Below are positions 42,339-56,431 of a DNA stretch of 64,000 nt, in pieces (the stretch's first letter is position 1; every line of letters begins with the position of its first letter). The notes below the pieces were generated by a model. That model was not told the DNA's origin and did not search any database. It worked only from the letters and a program-made list of their open reading frames with translations. This DNA comes from Octopus vulgaris (taxonomy: Eukaryota), in the NCBI GenBank assembly GCA_951406725.2, contig OX597824.1, forward strand, positions 30,628,001-30,692,000, in the 5' to 3' direction. A program made the position numbers and the translations under genes.

Positions 42339-43564
42339 CGAAGGGGTGCTGAAAAGTTCATGGTCTTAAGGGTATTGCGTAGGGTAAGACAACTATTTAG
42401 GAGAAGATAAGCAAAGAATCATGATAGTATACAATATATCTTTCTCTTTTTTGAAGATTTAGAGCATGATAGCAACTCCTACATTGGATTTTGGTTAAAC
42501 TGAAGTATGAGCTGTCATGAAGTTCCTCTTTTTGCAAAGTAAAGGAGCGGCGGAAAGCATGGTGAGCTGAAGGATAGCTGCTCCTCTTGTTCCACAGGGA
42601 AAATCTGGGTGTTAAGGTTTCGGACTGGTCATTTCGAGGTTACAGATGAATCCCAGTCAGGGCAGCCAACGTCTGCGACAACAGAGGACAAAGCAGATGC
42701 TATGCACGTCATGATTCTTAAGGACTACCGGATTACCGCTAAAATCATAGTTGAGACTCTGGGGATTTCTCGTGAAGGAGTTGGCCACATCATCCACTAC
42801 ATTCTGGACATGAAAAAGCTTTCTGCAAAATGGGTGCCAAAATGCGTGAACGCAGATCAGAAGAGTATCAGAGTGACGGCATCAAAGGCTATCTTGGACC
42901 AGTTTGTAGCGGGAGAAACTGATTTAATGGCTCATCTAGTCACTGTGGATGAAACTTATTTTCATTATGATTCCCAAAGCAAGCAGCAATCGATAGAGCT
43001 GTGTCACAGAGGTTCAACGCGTCCCAAGAAGTCTCGGACTTAGAAGTCAGCTGGGAAGATTCTGACTTCAGTGTTCTGGGTAAAGACGGAGTACTCATAA
43101 AATACCTGCCAAAGGGTCGCACCATCAACGCGGAATGCTACATGTCTCTGCTGGACGAACTGCCCGAAGATTTGAAGCAGAAACGCCGTGGGAAGTTGAA
43201 CCGGAGTGTCCGATTTTATTTTGCAGGTCAATGCATCAACACTTACTGCACGTGAAACTCTACGAAAGATACCTTACTTTGATTTCAAATTAGTAGACCA
43301 CCCACCTTATTCTCCTGACTTGGCTCCCTCCGACTGTCACCTCTTTCCACAGCTGAAGAAACATCTCAAGAGAACTAAATTTCACTCCGATCTGGAAGTG
43401 ATCGCTGCTACAGAGGTCTGGCTGGAGGCCAAACTTTCCGAGTTCTTTTTACAAGGCTTAGAAAAACTGAAGGACCACTACGTGTGAATATATAGGGAAT
43501 ATGTTGAATAAAATCTTAACCTATCCTCTTGTATTTTCTTTTATCCAATGTCAGAAACTTTCCG
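42339..43564 (+). mobile_element. Near full-length mariner (DD34D) transposon with pseudogenised transposase
   Basis: Left TIR cgaaggggtgctgaaaagttc; the right TIR is partly deleted. Motifs KWVPK, VTVDET, QVNA (second catalytic D replaced by V) followed 34 residues later by the D of YSPDLAPSD. The frame is split over three ORFs. Confidence 0.93.
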
Positions 43565-43679
43565 TATGTATATATATATATATATATATAATTGTATATA
43601 TTTGCACTTCATAACTACTACTAATATATATATGTAATGCATACACACATACATACAAATATATATATATATATATCTA

Positions 43680-43765
<86 letters not shown>

Positions 43766-43855
43766 ATTCACTAAGAAACAAAAACAAAAGACGAAGACAG
43801 GTGGTGTAGAAAACAAACAGATGTATTAGTATAACGCTCGGGAATTGAAAAAGTC

Positions 43856-43890
43856 TTTTACGTTTCGAGCCTACGCTCTTCCACAGAAAG
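43856..43890 (-). ncRNA. Minimal hammerhead-like motif with non-canonical core CUGUGGA
   Basis: Minus strand: cttt CTGTGGA a gagc-gtag-gctc GAAA cg TA aaag. All stems pair, but A6 is replaced by U. Confidence 0.5.
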
Positions 43891-43923
43891 GAACACAGAA
43901 AGATGTATATGTATATGTATGTA

Positions 43924-44031
<108 letters not shown>

Positions 44032-45033
44032 AAATGATATTTATATATATATATTTATCGATGTGTACACATATAAATATACACACACATATGTATATAG
44101 ACATGCACATACACTCACACTCACACACATACACACACACATGCTTATATATGTATACATGTTTGTGTGTGTGAATTGTTTTTTGGTTAATCGTCGACGT
44201 GCGTGGAATAATTATCTTTCCCTACTTCCCAGCCACACTGATTAGATATATTCTGCCATCAATTGAGTCGAAACAACATAAGCATTACTGATGTTGCCCT
44301 TGACATTGTGGGCATCTTTAAATAAATTCATAAATACATAAATAAAGATATACGTAAATAAATGTATAAATAAAAAGCAAAGAAACAAACAAAGATATAT
44401 AAAGAAGTAAAAATCTACTATAAATTGAAATAAAATAGAACAAAATATATTGCCACTAATTTCGCCATGTTTACTTGTTCATTAATTTTGCTTTGTAAAA
44501 ATCCATCCATGACCATGTGTTATGACGAACAAGGCTGGGATACTGGCTTGAAAGATTTAGTCAAACTGATCGACCCCAGTACCTAAGATTGTCTTTTTTC
44601 GAGTCTAGTACCCATTCTATCCCTTATTTCTGTTGGATCACTAGTTTACGGGGACATGAACAATCGAGCACCGGTTGTGAAGCGGCGGGTTTGGCAACAC
44701 AGATGCAAAGACACATACACACGCACGTACACACACACAGACGCACACACACACACGCACACATACATACATACATACATACATACATACATACATACAT
44801 ACATACATACATACATACATACGTACTTGCATATGTATCTTTTACATTTTCCAGTCATTCGACTGCGGCCATGCCGGGCACCGCCTTGAAGGTTTTTAGT
44901 CGAAATCGGCCCCGGAACTTTTTTCTTCTAAGCCTGGTACTTATTCCATCGGTCTCTTTATCCTAACTACTAAGTTACGGGGACATAAACACACCAACAC
45001 CAATTGCTAAGTGGTGGTGGTGGAGAAACACGT

Positions 45034-45145
<112 letters not shown>

Positions 45146-45153
45146 CTCGTCAA

Positions 45154-45384
45154 AGGCGGCGAGCTGGTAGAAACGTTAGCACGCTGGGCGAAATTCGTAG
45201 CAGTATTTCGTCTGTCGTTACGTCCCGAGTTCAAATTCCGCCGAGGTCGACTTTGCCTTTAATCCTTTCGGGGTCGATAAATTAAGTACCAGTTACGCAC
45301 TGGGGTCGATATAATCGACTTAATCCCTTTGTCTGTCCTTGTTTGTCCCTTCTATGTTTAGCCCCTTGTGGGTAGTAAAGAAAT
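45154..45384 (+). mobile_element. SINE family B, full-length with TSD
   Basis: Homologue of 40303-40535, with direct repeat atatatatctcgtca on both sides. Confidence 0.92.
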
Positions 45385-45467
45385 ATATATCTCGTCATTA
45401 AATCATAAATCCGAAAGAGAAATACACTCTAAGTTATAGAGCAGTAGAGTATTTAGATAAAGATACT

Positions 45468-45631
45468 TATGGCCAGTCTGTGGGGTTACCCAGGGTTTCG
45501 TGTCCATAAATCGCTTAGCTTTACAACGTCTAGTCAAACCCTAATGGCCGGTGGCTTCGGCCATTAGGATCTGACGAAACATTGTGAAGCTAAGCGCTTT
45601 ATAAACACGAAACCCTGAGTGAACACATAGA

Positions 45632-45636
<5 letters not shown>
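45468..45636. repeat. Fold-back palindrome with ~80 bp arms next to (TA)n
   Basis: cctaatggccg-gtggctt-cggccattagg at the centre; also cagggtttcgtgt / acacgaaaccctg and cgcttagctt / aagctaagcg. Confidence 0.88.
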
Positions 45637-45670
<34 letters not shown>

Positions 45671-45827
45671 CATATACATACATATATACACATACATACA
45701 TATATACATATATACATATATACATATACGTAGTTACTCCAAATATGACCAAAGAGAAAACACAATAACGCGAGGACGTGGAACAAGTATAGTGTTATTA
45801 GACGCTCAGGAAAGGAAAGAAAGGAGG

Positions 45828-45862
45828 ATTTAACTTTTCGAGCGGAGCTCTTCGTCAGAAAC
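45828..45862 (-). ncRNA. Minimal hammerhead-like motif, related to 43856-43890
   Basis: Minus strand: gttt CTGACGA a gagc-tcc-gctc GAAA ag TT aaat. The core is canonical, but stem I is weak and stem III is mutated. Confidence 0.45.
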
Positions 45863-46553
45863 ATATAAAAAAAGAAAGGTCCAAGGAAGGGACATATACA
45901 TACATACATACATACATACATACATACATACATACATACATACACATATATAAAAAGCCCGTCATGTGTGGACATATATATATATTAAATAATAAGGGTA
46001 GAAATTGATATTAATCAATTAAAACCAGTGGCTCTGCATATTTAAAAAATCCGAAAATTAAAAATTGTGTTACATACAAAATTAAGAGGAATGACCCCTA
46101 AAGTGGACACCCAATATGCTAAACATACGTACGTATGTACTTATGTATGTATGTATATATATTTATTTATTTATACACACAGTTTTCGTTTACCAAATTC
46201 ACTCACGAGCTATTGGTCAGCTCTGGGCTAAAATATAAGACACTTGCCCAAGGTACTGTGCAGCGGGACCGAAACCGAAACGATCTGGTTGCTAAGTGGG
46301 CTATATAACCATACAGCCATGCTCGCACTTAACTTTTTGACCACACATGTGAACAATTAGTCATCACCGATGTACTTGGATTACTTAGTCAACATATACC
46401 TACAATGACTAGTTAACATCTGTTCTCTGTGAGTATCCAGCTATTGCTCAGTGTCTATTTAGTCAACGGTTACGTAATATTGCTTTCTTATTAACATCCG
46501 AATACGGTACCTAGCCAGCATACATTCACTGCGCCTATGTAGCCATCACTTAC

Positions 46554-46626
<73 letters not shown>

Positions 46627-46694
46627 AACACACATACACATACGCACGCACACATATGCACACACGTGGCTGTGTATGTGTGTACGTGTATATA

Positions 46695-46749
<55 letters not shown>

Positions 46750-46799
46750 CTTTTCTTATATGCGTTTCAGCTTAAAGGGTGTCTCTATGCTGGGGCATC

Positions 46800-47110
46800 G
46801 CCAGTATCATCATCCTTTTAATGTTTAGGCTCCTCGTCTCATGTAGTTGGCTTGTTGGCTTTAGGTGAATGAATGAGTTTGATATTACTACCCTCTTTTG
46901 AATTTTATGTTATAATATATGTTCACCTGGGACTTTCAACAGTAGAAGTTCAAGGTGTTACTTGAAAATATGTACCCCTACTCTATATAGATCTCTTAGC
47001 TGTTTTGTTTTGGCAAGATATTAAATAGCCTTTGAATCCTAAGTTATTGCAGTATCCGTTCTTTAGACGGGATGGGTAGGAGCTTTGGAACAGTGCTGTG
47101 ACATGATAAG
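46800..47110 (-). mobile_element. Second CR1-group LINE 3' fragment, heavily decayed
   Basis: Peptides RTGYCNNLGFKG, RLFNILPK, QLRDLYRVGVHIFK, LELLLLKVPGE and ISNSFIHL across shifting frames. Confidence 0.6.
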
Positions 47111-47699
47111 CTATAATGTCATTGATATCTTAATTATCAGTGATTGCTGGATGTCACATGTATTCAGAGAAAGAAATTAGTAAAGTATTTTTTTATCAGC
47201 TCTGGCGCCTAAAAGATTGGCCCTGCACCCATGTGTATAGTTGCCACAAAATACAGATATACATGATAAAATGAAATGAAACAGATGTGCGAGTATAGAA
47301 AATATTTCTTTAGTTTAGAACTTGATCCACTCAGCAAAATTCAAATGGTTCTACTGGGTTGGGATAAAACTAACAACTGACGTGTAATATAAATATTCTA
47401 TCACTATTACATTGTGCAGGTAGATCTCCGATCAACAGATAAAGGTTGCTCAAAGTAAATAATAACAACGTACAATTTTGTATGCTTATTTCTTGATTCA
47501 GAATGAGGTATACGTATTACATGTCGTTAATGTAATGTTGAATTATTCACTAACCATGTTACCTCCTTTCTTTCTTGTTCTATAAATATAATTGTTGTTC
47601 AAACTATTTGTATAGAAACATATTTGTAAATTTTTCTTTAATGATTTGGTTTGAACGAAAGTACCATTGAAGAGTCATAGCCTTTAAAGGCACTTCGTA

Positions 47700-49800
47700 A
47701 CATGATTTCGATGCCACTGATGCTTTTCCTCATTGAATTACTAGGTCAAGGCTGCGGGAAAACATGGAGTAATTTCAGAGGGCTAAAGTTTTGGGGAGAA
47801 AGAATAGGACGGAAACACTGGTGCACTGATGGAGGACACGATATGAGTAACGAGAGGAAGAAAAACAAGTGATCAGCAATGATTGGGTAGAGGTGGTACG
47901 AGACCGGATAAGTATGAAGAGTAGAGGCCACTGTAGTCACAATAATAGGGGTAGTGAGGAGACAGTACATTTAAAGGCCAGAATTTGAAGTATATTGATG
48001 AGTAATTTCATCCCAATTAGTCAGATGAACTCTTCCGTCAGATGGTCCGGGATATTATGTACATGTAGTAGCAGCGCCGTTTCAGACAGGAAAAGAGTAT
48101 TCCACTGTAGGTCTCTAACTTTATATGAGTAACTGTTAGAGGCTCAAGTATTATCAAGCACTGAAAAAATGAAGGTCAGTCATTGTGGTGTAGTATTTAA
48201 TACATCAAAGTTGTAAAATTGTCAGGAGACATTGTCAAGGATAGGGATGCTTAGTAGCAACCTAGAGGTTTCGGTTTAATGAGGTATATGATTATTTTGT
48301 TGATATATATATATATATATATATATCTGATAATTATCTTTGAGTTGTTGAAGAAGATATGATTGTCATAATGCTACTGGAGAACGTTTTCGAGGACTTG
48401 ATGGAGGAAATACAGGTTTAGTGTGAAATATCTAAGTTGTATATTGAAGAATCTTGGGTGCAGAAGATTAGGGAAAAATGACCGACGATATCGTATGAAT
48501 AGGAGTATGCGTTGTTGGATGATAGTAAGTTGTATATAAGATGAATAGTATAGAGGGCAAAAACCAAACCCTGGACACACTGTAGTCAATGCAATATATT
48601 TTAGAGATGGTGAGAGAGAAAAAAAGAGAGGGAGAACCTCCTCAATACACGACGTGCTGGGAAAATTTTATTAGAAGCCTCCATTGTAATAGACGATTAT
48701 CACAAGAAGCCAATAGGCGGGTAACTTAGCTAAGATGTTGACTGCCTGACACAGTCAAGCGCTATTTTTCGTGAAGTGTAACAACATTGTTTTCATCAAA
48801 TCTCTCAAAATCAAGTGTCGGTTTCCTCTAAATTTGTTACTAATGAAGCTGTACTGGTGATCACTAGGGAGAAAAAGATATTTAATATATTGAGAATATA
48901 GTTGCTAATGACTATCTCCTTTATCTTTGATATTTTGTAAGAACGAACAGCAGATAGTTGCTGTGGTTGAAGTTTTCCTTTGTAGAATATAGTTGCTAAT
49001 GACTATCTCCTTTATCTTTGATATTTTGTAAGAACGACCAGCAGATAGTTGCCGTGGTTGAAGTTTTCCTTTGTAGAATATAGTTGCTAATGACTATCTC
49101 CTTTATCTTTGATATTTTGTAAGAACGACCAGCAGATAGTTGCCGTGGTTGAAGTTTTCCTTTGTAGAAGTGGGTTTCAGTGTGGTGCATTTTCGAAAAT
49201 TGAGATATGTCCTTATATATAAAGAGAAAGATCGAAGAGTTTGGTTGGGATAGGTAGATCCTAACTTAGAATGCATTCTTTCAGAGTGCTGGAAGGGAAA
49301 CTTTCAAGGCCAATGGTCTCGTAGGTCTAAAGCAATAGCCTAGTTTGAGCGGAGAAAACTTTGGAAGAATTTTACCTAGTGTGCGTGTGGTGTAACGTTA
49401 TCTAGAAAAGGGCAGAATGTGTCAAAGTGTTTCCTGTTGCAACACCGCTTACAAAATTATCACAGTCGGCAAATGGAGACAAGAAGAATTACACTTAGCT
49501 AGTTGAAATCCTTTAGGTATGGATTGAAAAGGATCGGCAGCGATTTGGGAGGTTAGAGATCTTGAAAGGTGTGCGATGCACGGAAGTAGAATTTGCTTTT
49601 TGAAATATGTCTAGAAGGAATTTTGGTGGTGAGTAAAAGTTGTCCATTTTGCTAGGATTTAGGATGTGTTTTTCTTTCTTTGAACGGCCGAAGTGCAACT
49701 ACAAGCAAGCTACTCGAGGTATTTGGGTTATGAGTTTTGGCTATTTATGGGATGTGGAAGGAAATCCCTAAAAGGATGGGTTTAGTCTCCAGATAATCTG
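47700..49800 (-). mobile_element. Heavily decayed Jockey/CR1-group LINE ORF2
   Basis: QGLV...PSILFILYT...SSNNAYSYSYDIVGHFS near 48470-48580 corresponds to GVPQGSVL.P.LF.L.IND...YADD. SKIKEIVISNYIL occurs near 49000. Limits are approximate. Confidence 0.55.
48893..49165. repeat. Tandem triplication of a 91 bp unit
   Basis: Unit agaatatagttgctaatgactatc...gttttcctttgt starts at 48893, 48984 and 49075. Copies 2 and 3 appear identical and copy 1 differs at about 2 positions. Confidence 0.97.
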
Positions 49801-49881
49801 TCTCCCCTCTAGAGTTAGAGTAAAGAACTGGTGAAGCTTCAGTGAATTCCCTTCATAAAATTTAAGTCTAACATTAGAAGT

Positions 49882-49962
<81 letters not shown>

Positions 49963-50139
49963 ATATACGTCTACACACACACATACTCACACACTCACAC
50001 ACATACACGTGCACACACACGTATGTTTGTATGTATTTTGCATGTATGTTTGTATGTATACAACCGCGCACATGTACTTTACATAAAAGTGAAATGAGAA
50101 CTTAGTAATTTGGTTGCTCGGCTTGCTAGAAAAAATAAA

Positions 50140-51140
50140 GCAGGACTTAAAAGGAGAATACAGCGGACAGTATAAAACCCGGTATACAAAACTTGTGACA
50201 GTCCCAGTTGGATTACCTTTTATCATAAGTATGCCCTATAACAGGGTTGTTCTTGGGCCAAACTAGAAAAAAATCAAGAAAACCAATAGTACAATAATGT
50301 TTGAATAAAGCATAATTTATTCATGATGGGAAAACCTTTGATCCAAAGTTTGCTTGACCAAGGTTGAAATGGGGTTAAGTAACAACAGCAGGGACAGTTA
50401 CATCATATAATGTTATCATCTATATATTCATATACATTTTACATCTGAGCTGAAATATGAAATAATCACGGCTGGAACAGTTTTGATAGAAGTTTATATA
50501 ATCAAGTCTGATATGGGATAAATAACTATAATCCCTAATGTAACACTTGATACGCTGTCTCAGAATAAAAGGCAGGTTCGTCACAGCTAACAAGAACTTT
50601 AATCTTCTGGATTAATGCCGACTTAGGACAAAATAATGTAGTAACCTTAGATACATTATATCTGAATAACAGACATGATTGTTAAAGTAGTAGAACGTGT
50701 GACCATAGGTAACCTGGATCATGGCTGACTTGGGACTAAATAATAAGGAATGATCTATTAGATAACATACTAGATTATACTATTTATGCAATAAAAAAGG
50801 ATAGGAGTGCACAGCTAGAATGCTTTCACAGATCTGCTCAATAAAGGCTGATATAGAACTAAACGACAAATAAAAAGAAAAACATTACTACTAATATTAA
50901 GTACTACACTACAATGTAGACGATCCAAAGAGGGAGCTTTATAAGGCTTGCTCGACCTCATTGGGCTTGCTAGAAACAGCAGCAAAAATCTTCAAGACAC
51001 ACGCATTCATTTTTAAAAAGAAGAGGCACAATGAAAAACGTAGTGGATGTGATAAATAGAAACGGGATGGTTATGGTTGGAGCGCCAATGAACATATGTT
51101 TACAGGATTAGGGTTCATCAAGAGCTAAAGAAACACAACG
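50140..51140. repeat. Array of about 7 degenerate ~115-125 bp units, same family as 12480-13800 in opposite orientation
   Basis: A motif like tcacggctggaa-gcctttgatcataggtctgct-gatcagggctgacttggg-ctaaacaacaa recurs at about 50200, 50320, 50465, 50580, 50685, 50810 and 51070. Confidence 0.6.
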
Positions 51141-51622
51141 ATTATAGTATGCATAAAAAATATAATCTTAAAAGACCATATAGGATTAAATGTTGGGAAT
51201 TTCACAGCTAAAATGGCTTTAATTGTTGTCCCACAGCTGACATTCGGGTAAACAACTTAAAAAGCATCTTAGTAGATTATTAATAGAATTGCAATATCAC
51301 TGATTAACGATATTCGCGATTATAAAATTATAAGCCTACGCAGATTTGTCTTTTAATGAATACTTCTCCCACGTCTTTATACTACACAGAAACATAATAA
51401 GAAATCAATGCATGGACATTAATTTTACATGCATACATACATTCATACATACATACACACATACACATATACATGCATACATACATACATACATACATAC
51501 ATGCATGCATGCATACATACGTGTATATACGTAACTGTACATATATATATATATATACCTATATTTATACATATATATGCATGTATGTCTGTATATCTAT
51601 ACAGCTATATATCTATATATAT

Positions 51623-51678
<56 letters not shown>

Positions 51679-51738
51679 ATGTGTGTGTGTATGCATGAAT
51701 ACCTACATGCACATATAAATACATTCATACATACATGC

Positions 51739-51802
<64 letters not shown>

Positions 51803-51882
51803 GTATACACACATGTGAACTTAGGTATGAATATGCATATCCTTACTTAAACATTAACAATTACCAAATATGTATGTTTGTG

Positions 51883-51976
<94 letters not shown>

Positions 51977-52023
51977 TACATATATATACATATACATATA
52001 TATATATACATATATATATATAC

Positions 52024-52105
<82 letters not shown>

Positions 52106-52184
52106 TCATACATATATACATGTATAATTTATACATATATATATATATATATATATATATGCAAATGGAGGGAGTGATTTGCTA

Positions 52185-52216
52185 TCTATATATATATTCG
52201 CCACTAGAATTCATTA
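52185..52216 (+). promoter_or_regulatory. Possible TATA plus initiator-like core promoter of the EH-like gene
   Basis: ctatatatata at about 52186-52196 is followed ~25 bp later by TCATT (52211), about 100 bp upstream of the ATG. Weak, because TA runs are everywhere in this window. Confidence 0.2.
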
Positions 52217-52309
52217 TATTTATAAAATCTCTAAAATAGAGAATTCACCAATTCCATCGAAAGCATTTCTACACTTGCTCACCTAATTTTCCTAAATTAT
52301 TCTCCAATC

Positions 52310-52318
52310 ATGAAAAAG
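52310..52318 (+). CDS. EH: Predicted first coding micro-exon (Met-Lys-Lys) of an eclosion hormone-like precursor
   Basis: Sequence reads ccaatcATGAAAAAG|gtaaga, with an A at -3 and a consensus phase-0 donor at 52319. Joining it to the phase-0 exon at 56432 supplies the missing Met and the basic n-region of a signal peptide (MKK-IFALLTVFSLICRG). The pairing is inferred and has no transcript support. Confidence 0.7.
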
Positions 52319-53633
52319 GTAAGAAATAATTCCGCATTTATTTTAAAATTCCATACTATTGTAATTCTTGATACATTTTTAGGAAGAAGTTTTGATTTTG
52401 AAAGGACATACACATCCGCACGCGCACACTCTCACATACACATAGACATACATACACACAGACATACATAGACACAAAACCACTTATACATACATATAAT
52501 ATACATATAATATTTCATTGTACTGCTGGAGTATTAGTTTCTGTTCTTTTAGTCGATTATATACACAAAAGTATTTTCTCTTATCATTTATTTGAGAGAT
52601 TTTAAAAAAGAATGAACGTCGACGAGATTGCTAGCCAATAACACGGTCTATATTTGTTTGATACCCTAGACTATCATATACGTGAGTGTAAGTGTGTGTG
52701 TGTGTGTGTGTGTAAAAGTTTGTATAAGGGCTAGTAACCGACAGGCTCCCGACTGTGTTTCCCGTATTCGAATGTTATTTACAAGCCATTGGGCAACGCG
52801 AGGTTAAGGCAGAAGGCACTTGCTCAAAATGCCGCGCAAAGGTACTGAACCGGAACCATATGACTGAGAAACGAACTTACTCAGTAACATCTCATTGTAT
52901 TTGAGCTAATGGAATCGACATAAAACGTTACTATTTTATCACTCACTTGATTTCAGCTTAAAGCTGTTAAAAACAACATCTACACTGATTGGGGTTTTAC
53001 CTTTAACTTCCCCTAGATACACTTGTTTTTAGCTTTGGTCGAAATTCACAGGTAATTTCTTCGTCATTAAATAATGTAAGTGATGAATAGTTGCTAAGAT
53101 AATGTAATATATTTCTGACTCTTTACGTTTTTACAATATTTTTCTTCGTCCTGTAAGCTTTTTACATTTTTCATCTCATTCTTTTAAATTTTTTTTTCAA
53201 CGCAACCCAATGTTTCCTTTACAATCTAGTTCGAGTTGATCTATCGATAAGTTTGTATACTTAATAATTTTTGTGAATTGATCTCTGAATAATAATGAAA
53301 AGACCTCAGATTATCGTAAACGTAGGACGAACTTGTTTTTCATTTTTCAAGTTCGTCCTACGTTTACGATACATAATTTTTATCTTAGAAATAATATGTA
53401 TCGTAAACTATTCTTTATACAGCAAAAGAATGTTTTCGAACATCTGCTTCGTATTTAGGGGGAATGTTTCCGTCTTTCCATATCTCCACGGTCCCATTGT
53501 GGCGATTTGATACTTTCAAACAAAGTTTTCTTTTTTTTCTAGCGAAAATTTAAGTAAAATTTGAGAACTTCCTCTTGTGAGAGAACGACATCAACAGAAA
53601 TAGATGAACATAAAAATTCAAAAGCCATATGAG

Positions 53634-53692
<59 letters not shown>

Positions 53693-53788
53693 ATTATTAT
53701 TTAAGGGAATAAAATCCAAACTTACAAGGAAAAAGAATTCAATTTAGAAATACTAAATCAAATTACACACAATATAATATATATATAA

Positions 53789-53899
53789 AATATTGGAAAG
53801 AAACACCTTTTATCAATTCAAAATGAATAATTAAATTACACCATCTAGAAATTTAATTATTCATTTTGAATTGATAAAAGGTGTTTTTTTTCTAATATT
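53789..53899. repeat. Fold-back palindrome with perfect 37 bp arms
   Basis: 53801-53837 is the exact reverse complement of 53850-53886, with a 12 nt loop, in a (TA)n context. Confidence 0.93.
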
Positions 53900-53928
53900 A
53901 TATATATATGTATATATATATATATATA

Positions 53929-54021
<93 letters not shown>

Positions 54022-54166
54022 CTTCTAACATAGGATAAAAGTTTTTCCCAAAAATATTTCATCAAAGTGGCCAGCATATTAAAATACCTTTAAAGGTGAA
54101 AATTATAAACAAGGGCAAAAGAAAAAGATTTCTATGCCATAGAAATCTTTTTTCTTTTGCCCTTGT

Positions 54167-54215
<49 letters not shown>

Positions 54216-54238
54216 TCACATATGAGAGACGTACGTCG

Positions 54239-54289
<51 letters not shown>

Positions 54290-54571
54290 AAATGGGACAA
54301 GAACGTAAACCATCCAGACAGTTAAGTGATACCAGCAGCAAGGGACAACAAAACATCCAGATAGACGATACATAGGAAACAAGGACGGGTCATTCGTGAA
54401 TTCACTCGTGAATTTCATTACACACAACATGGACAAAATTTCCTTTTAAGAAAAAATACATATTCAAATAAGTAAAACATAAAATCATGAATAGCGATAG
54501 CGAAACCGGCCGATATATTAAAAATTCATATTAAAACTATGTAAGTGTGCGTATTTTCCTTTTTTAATTTC

Positions 54572-54684
<113 letters not shown>

Positions 54685-54761
54685 TATATACACATACATA
54701 CACACATATATATATATGTATGTTTGTATGCGTGTATATGTATGGGTGGTTGTATATATAT

Positions 54762-54825
<64 letters not shown>

Positions 54826-54847
54826 GTATGTACATATATGTATGTAT

Positions 54848-54880
<33 letters not shown>

Positions 54881-54886
54881 TCTATA

Positions 54887-55399
54887 TCTATATATATAAA
54901 ACTGTAGTTGTGTGAGTGTATGTCCCCTTCGATTTAGATTCCTAACTACTCCCACATTTTGCGGTGCAGTTTAACCAAATTCGGGTATCTTATAGTCGGG
55001 ATTCATATCGAGCCCGTCTGAGTATTAGCGCGCGTCCACGATGAGTCTACGATTTTAAAAATAATTTAACATAATTTTTTATTCCATTTTAATGCATAAT
55101 TTTTCGTGTGTCGATGGCGGCGGAGTTGGCGTCCATGGTCACACCTGCACCTGTTTGCTTCTCCCCCTTCTTCCCTCCCTCGTGAAGCTGTGGGGAAGGG
55201 AATGTAAGGAAATCAACGTCGTAAAGCGTTGTCAAGGAGACCAGCGTTCTTTTAGAACAACGACTTCATGGCTTGAAGACACCAAAACAGAAATGGCTAA
55301 GAAAGCCCGAATTGGCATCTATAAGGGAAGTAACTCTCTAAAAATGCTTATATAGTTATTTCCCTTACAAACCCGAGCAACGCCGGACGATACTGCTAG
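54887..55399 (+). mobile_element. Non-autonomous Helitron, ~510 bp (copy 2), inside the predicted EH-like intron
   Basis: A|TCTATATATATAAAACTG...cccgagcaacgccgga (hairpin)...CTAG|T. Near-identical reverse complement of 23726-24236. Confidence 0.9.
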
Positions 55400-55607
55400 T
55401 ATATATATATATATATACAAAATGAGAAAATGGAGAAACATACCTAAATCAATCATCAATCATCAGATAATACCCAATCAATACTTTATTACACCATTAC
55501 ATAACAGCAATGACATTATACATAATATATTGCAAATATAACTAGACATGGAAATATAAATATAAAATACAATACAATTACATCATATCTCTGTGTGTGT
55601 GTGTGTA

Positions 55608-55790
55608 TATCTGTAATATAATATGTGACTGGGTTGCCATAATAAAACTCCGAGGTGCGGATGTCGGGGCGGAAATCTACTCCGGCATCTCGTCGTTTTT
55701 GTTTGTCTTAATAAGTGACGAGATGCAAGAGCAGAAACTCGGAGTTTTATTATGGCAACCGAATAATTGTAACATATTATATTACAGATA
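55608..55790. repeat. Inverted repeat with a hammerhead remnant in each arm (inverted pLTR-like)
   Basis: Pairs ggttgccataataaaactccgag / ctcggagttttattatggcaacc and gcatctcgtc / gacgagatgc. The + strand at 55711-55750 reads ataa GTGACGA ga tgc-aaga-gca GAAA ctcggag TT ttat. Confidence 0.8.
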
Positions 55791-55927
55791 ATTTCCTCCA
55801 TTTCCATAATATCGTGGTCTCATTCATTCATTTGTTGTCATATCATTACTATTAATATATATATATATATATATGCATATATATATATGCATATATATAT
55901 ATATATTTATGTATGTATGTATGTATT

Positions 55928-55972
<45 letters not shown>

Positions 55973-56431
55973 TGACAAGTCTGAGTAAACGTTAAAAACA
56001 TTAAGGTGATGATTCACACAGTTGGTATTTGGAGTTTCTCTTCCCACTACATGTAACAGTTCTGACGAACACAGACACGCGAATAAAATTGGATAGTCGG
56101 TAAGTATATGTACAAAGATTCAGTTTTTAAATTGTGTTCATGTTTGGGGCATCGTGTTCAATTATTTTAGGTGATTGTCATGACGTCTGTACTTTGTCTG
56201 ATACTAATGATATTGATCCTTATTTATCAAATGCTAAATAGATCTCATTGTAAAGGAATGCAACTGGTCCAGAATAATGCCAGAAGATGCTCCGATCACC
56301 CTACAACCATGCCTGCGTTCACTGTATCCATATTCTACTATATAGCATACAATAGATCGGGATGAGGTGGGGGGAACTGTAGTATACCGAATCTCTCACA
56401 AATCTGTATATTTTAAAAAATATATTTCCAG

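Noticed and set aside
48893-49165. Repeat array considered as CRISPR-like
   Set aside because: The units are contiguous 91 bp tandem copies with no unique spacers, in eukaryotic DNA with no cas genes.
56100-56170. Strong donor (gtaagt at 56100) and acceptor (ttttag at 56170) just upstream of the EH-like exon
   Set aside because: The phase-0 frame before the donor contains TAG and gives no Met or signal n-region. The 52310 micro-exon fits much better, though a non-coding alternative exon cannot be excluded.
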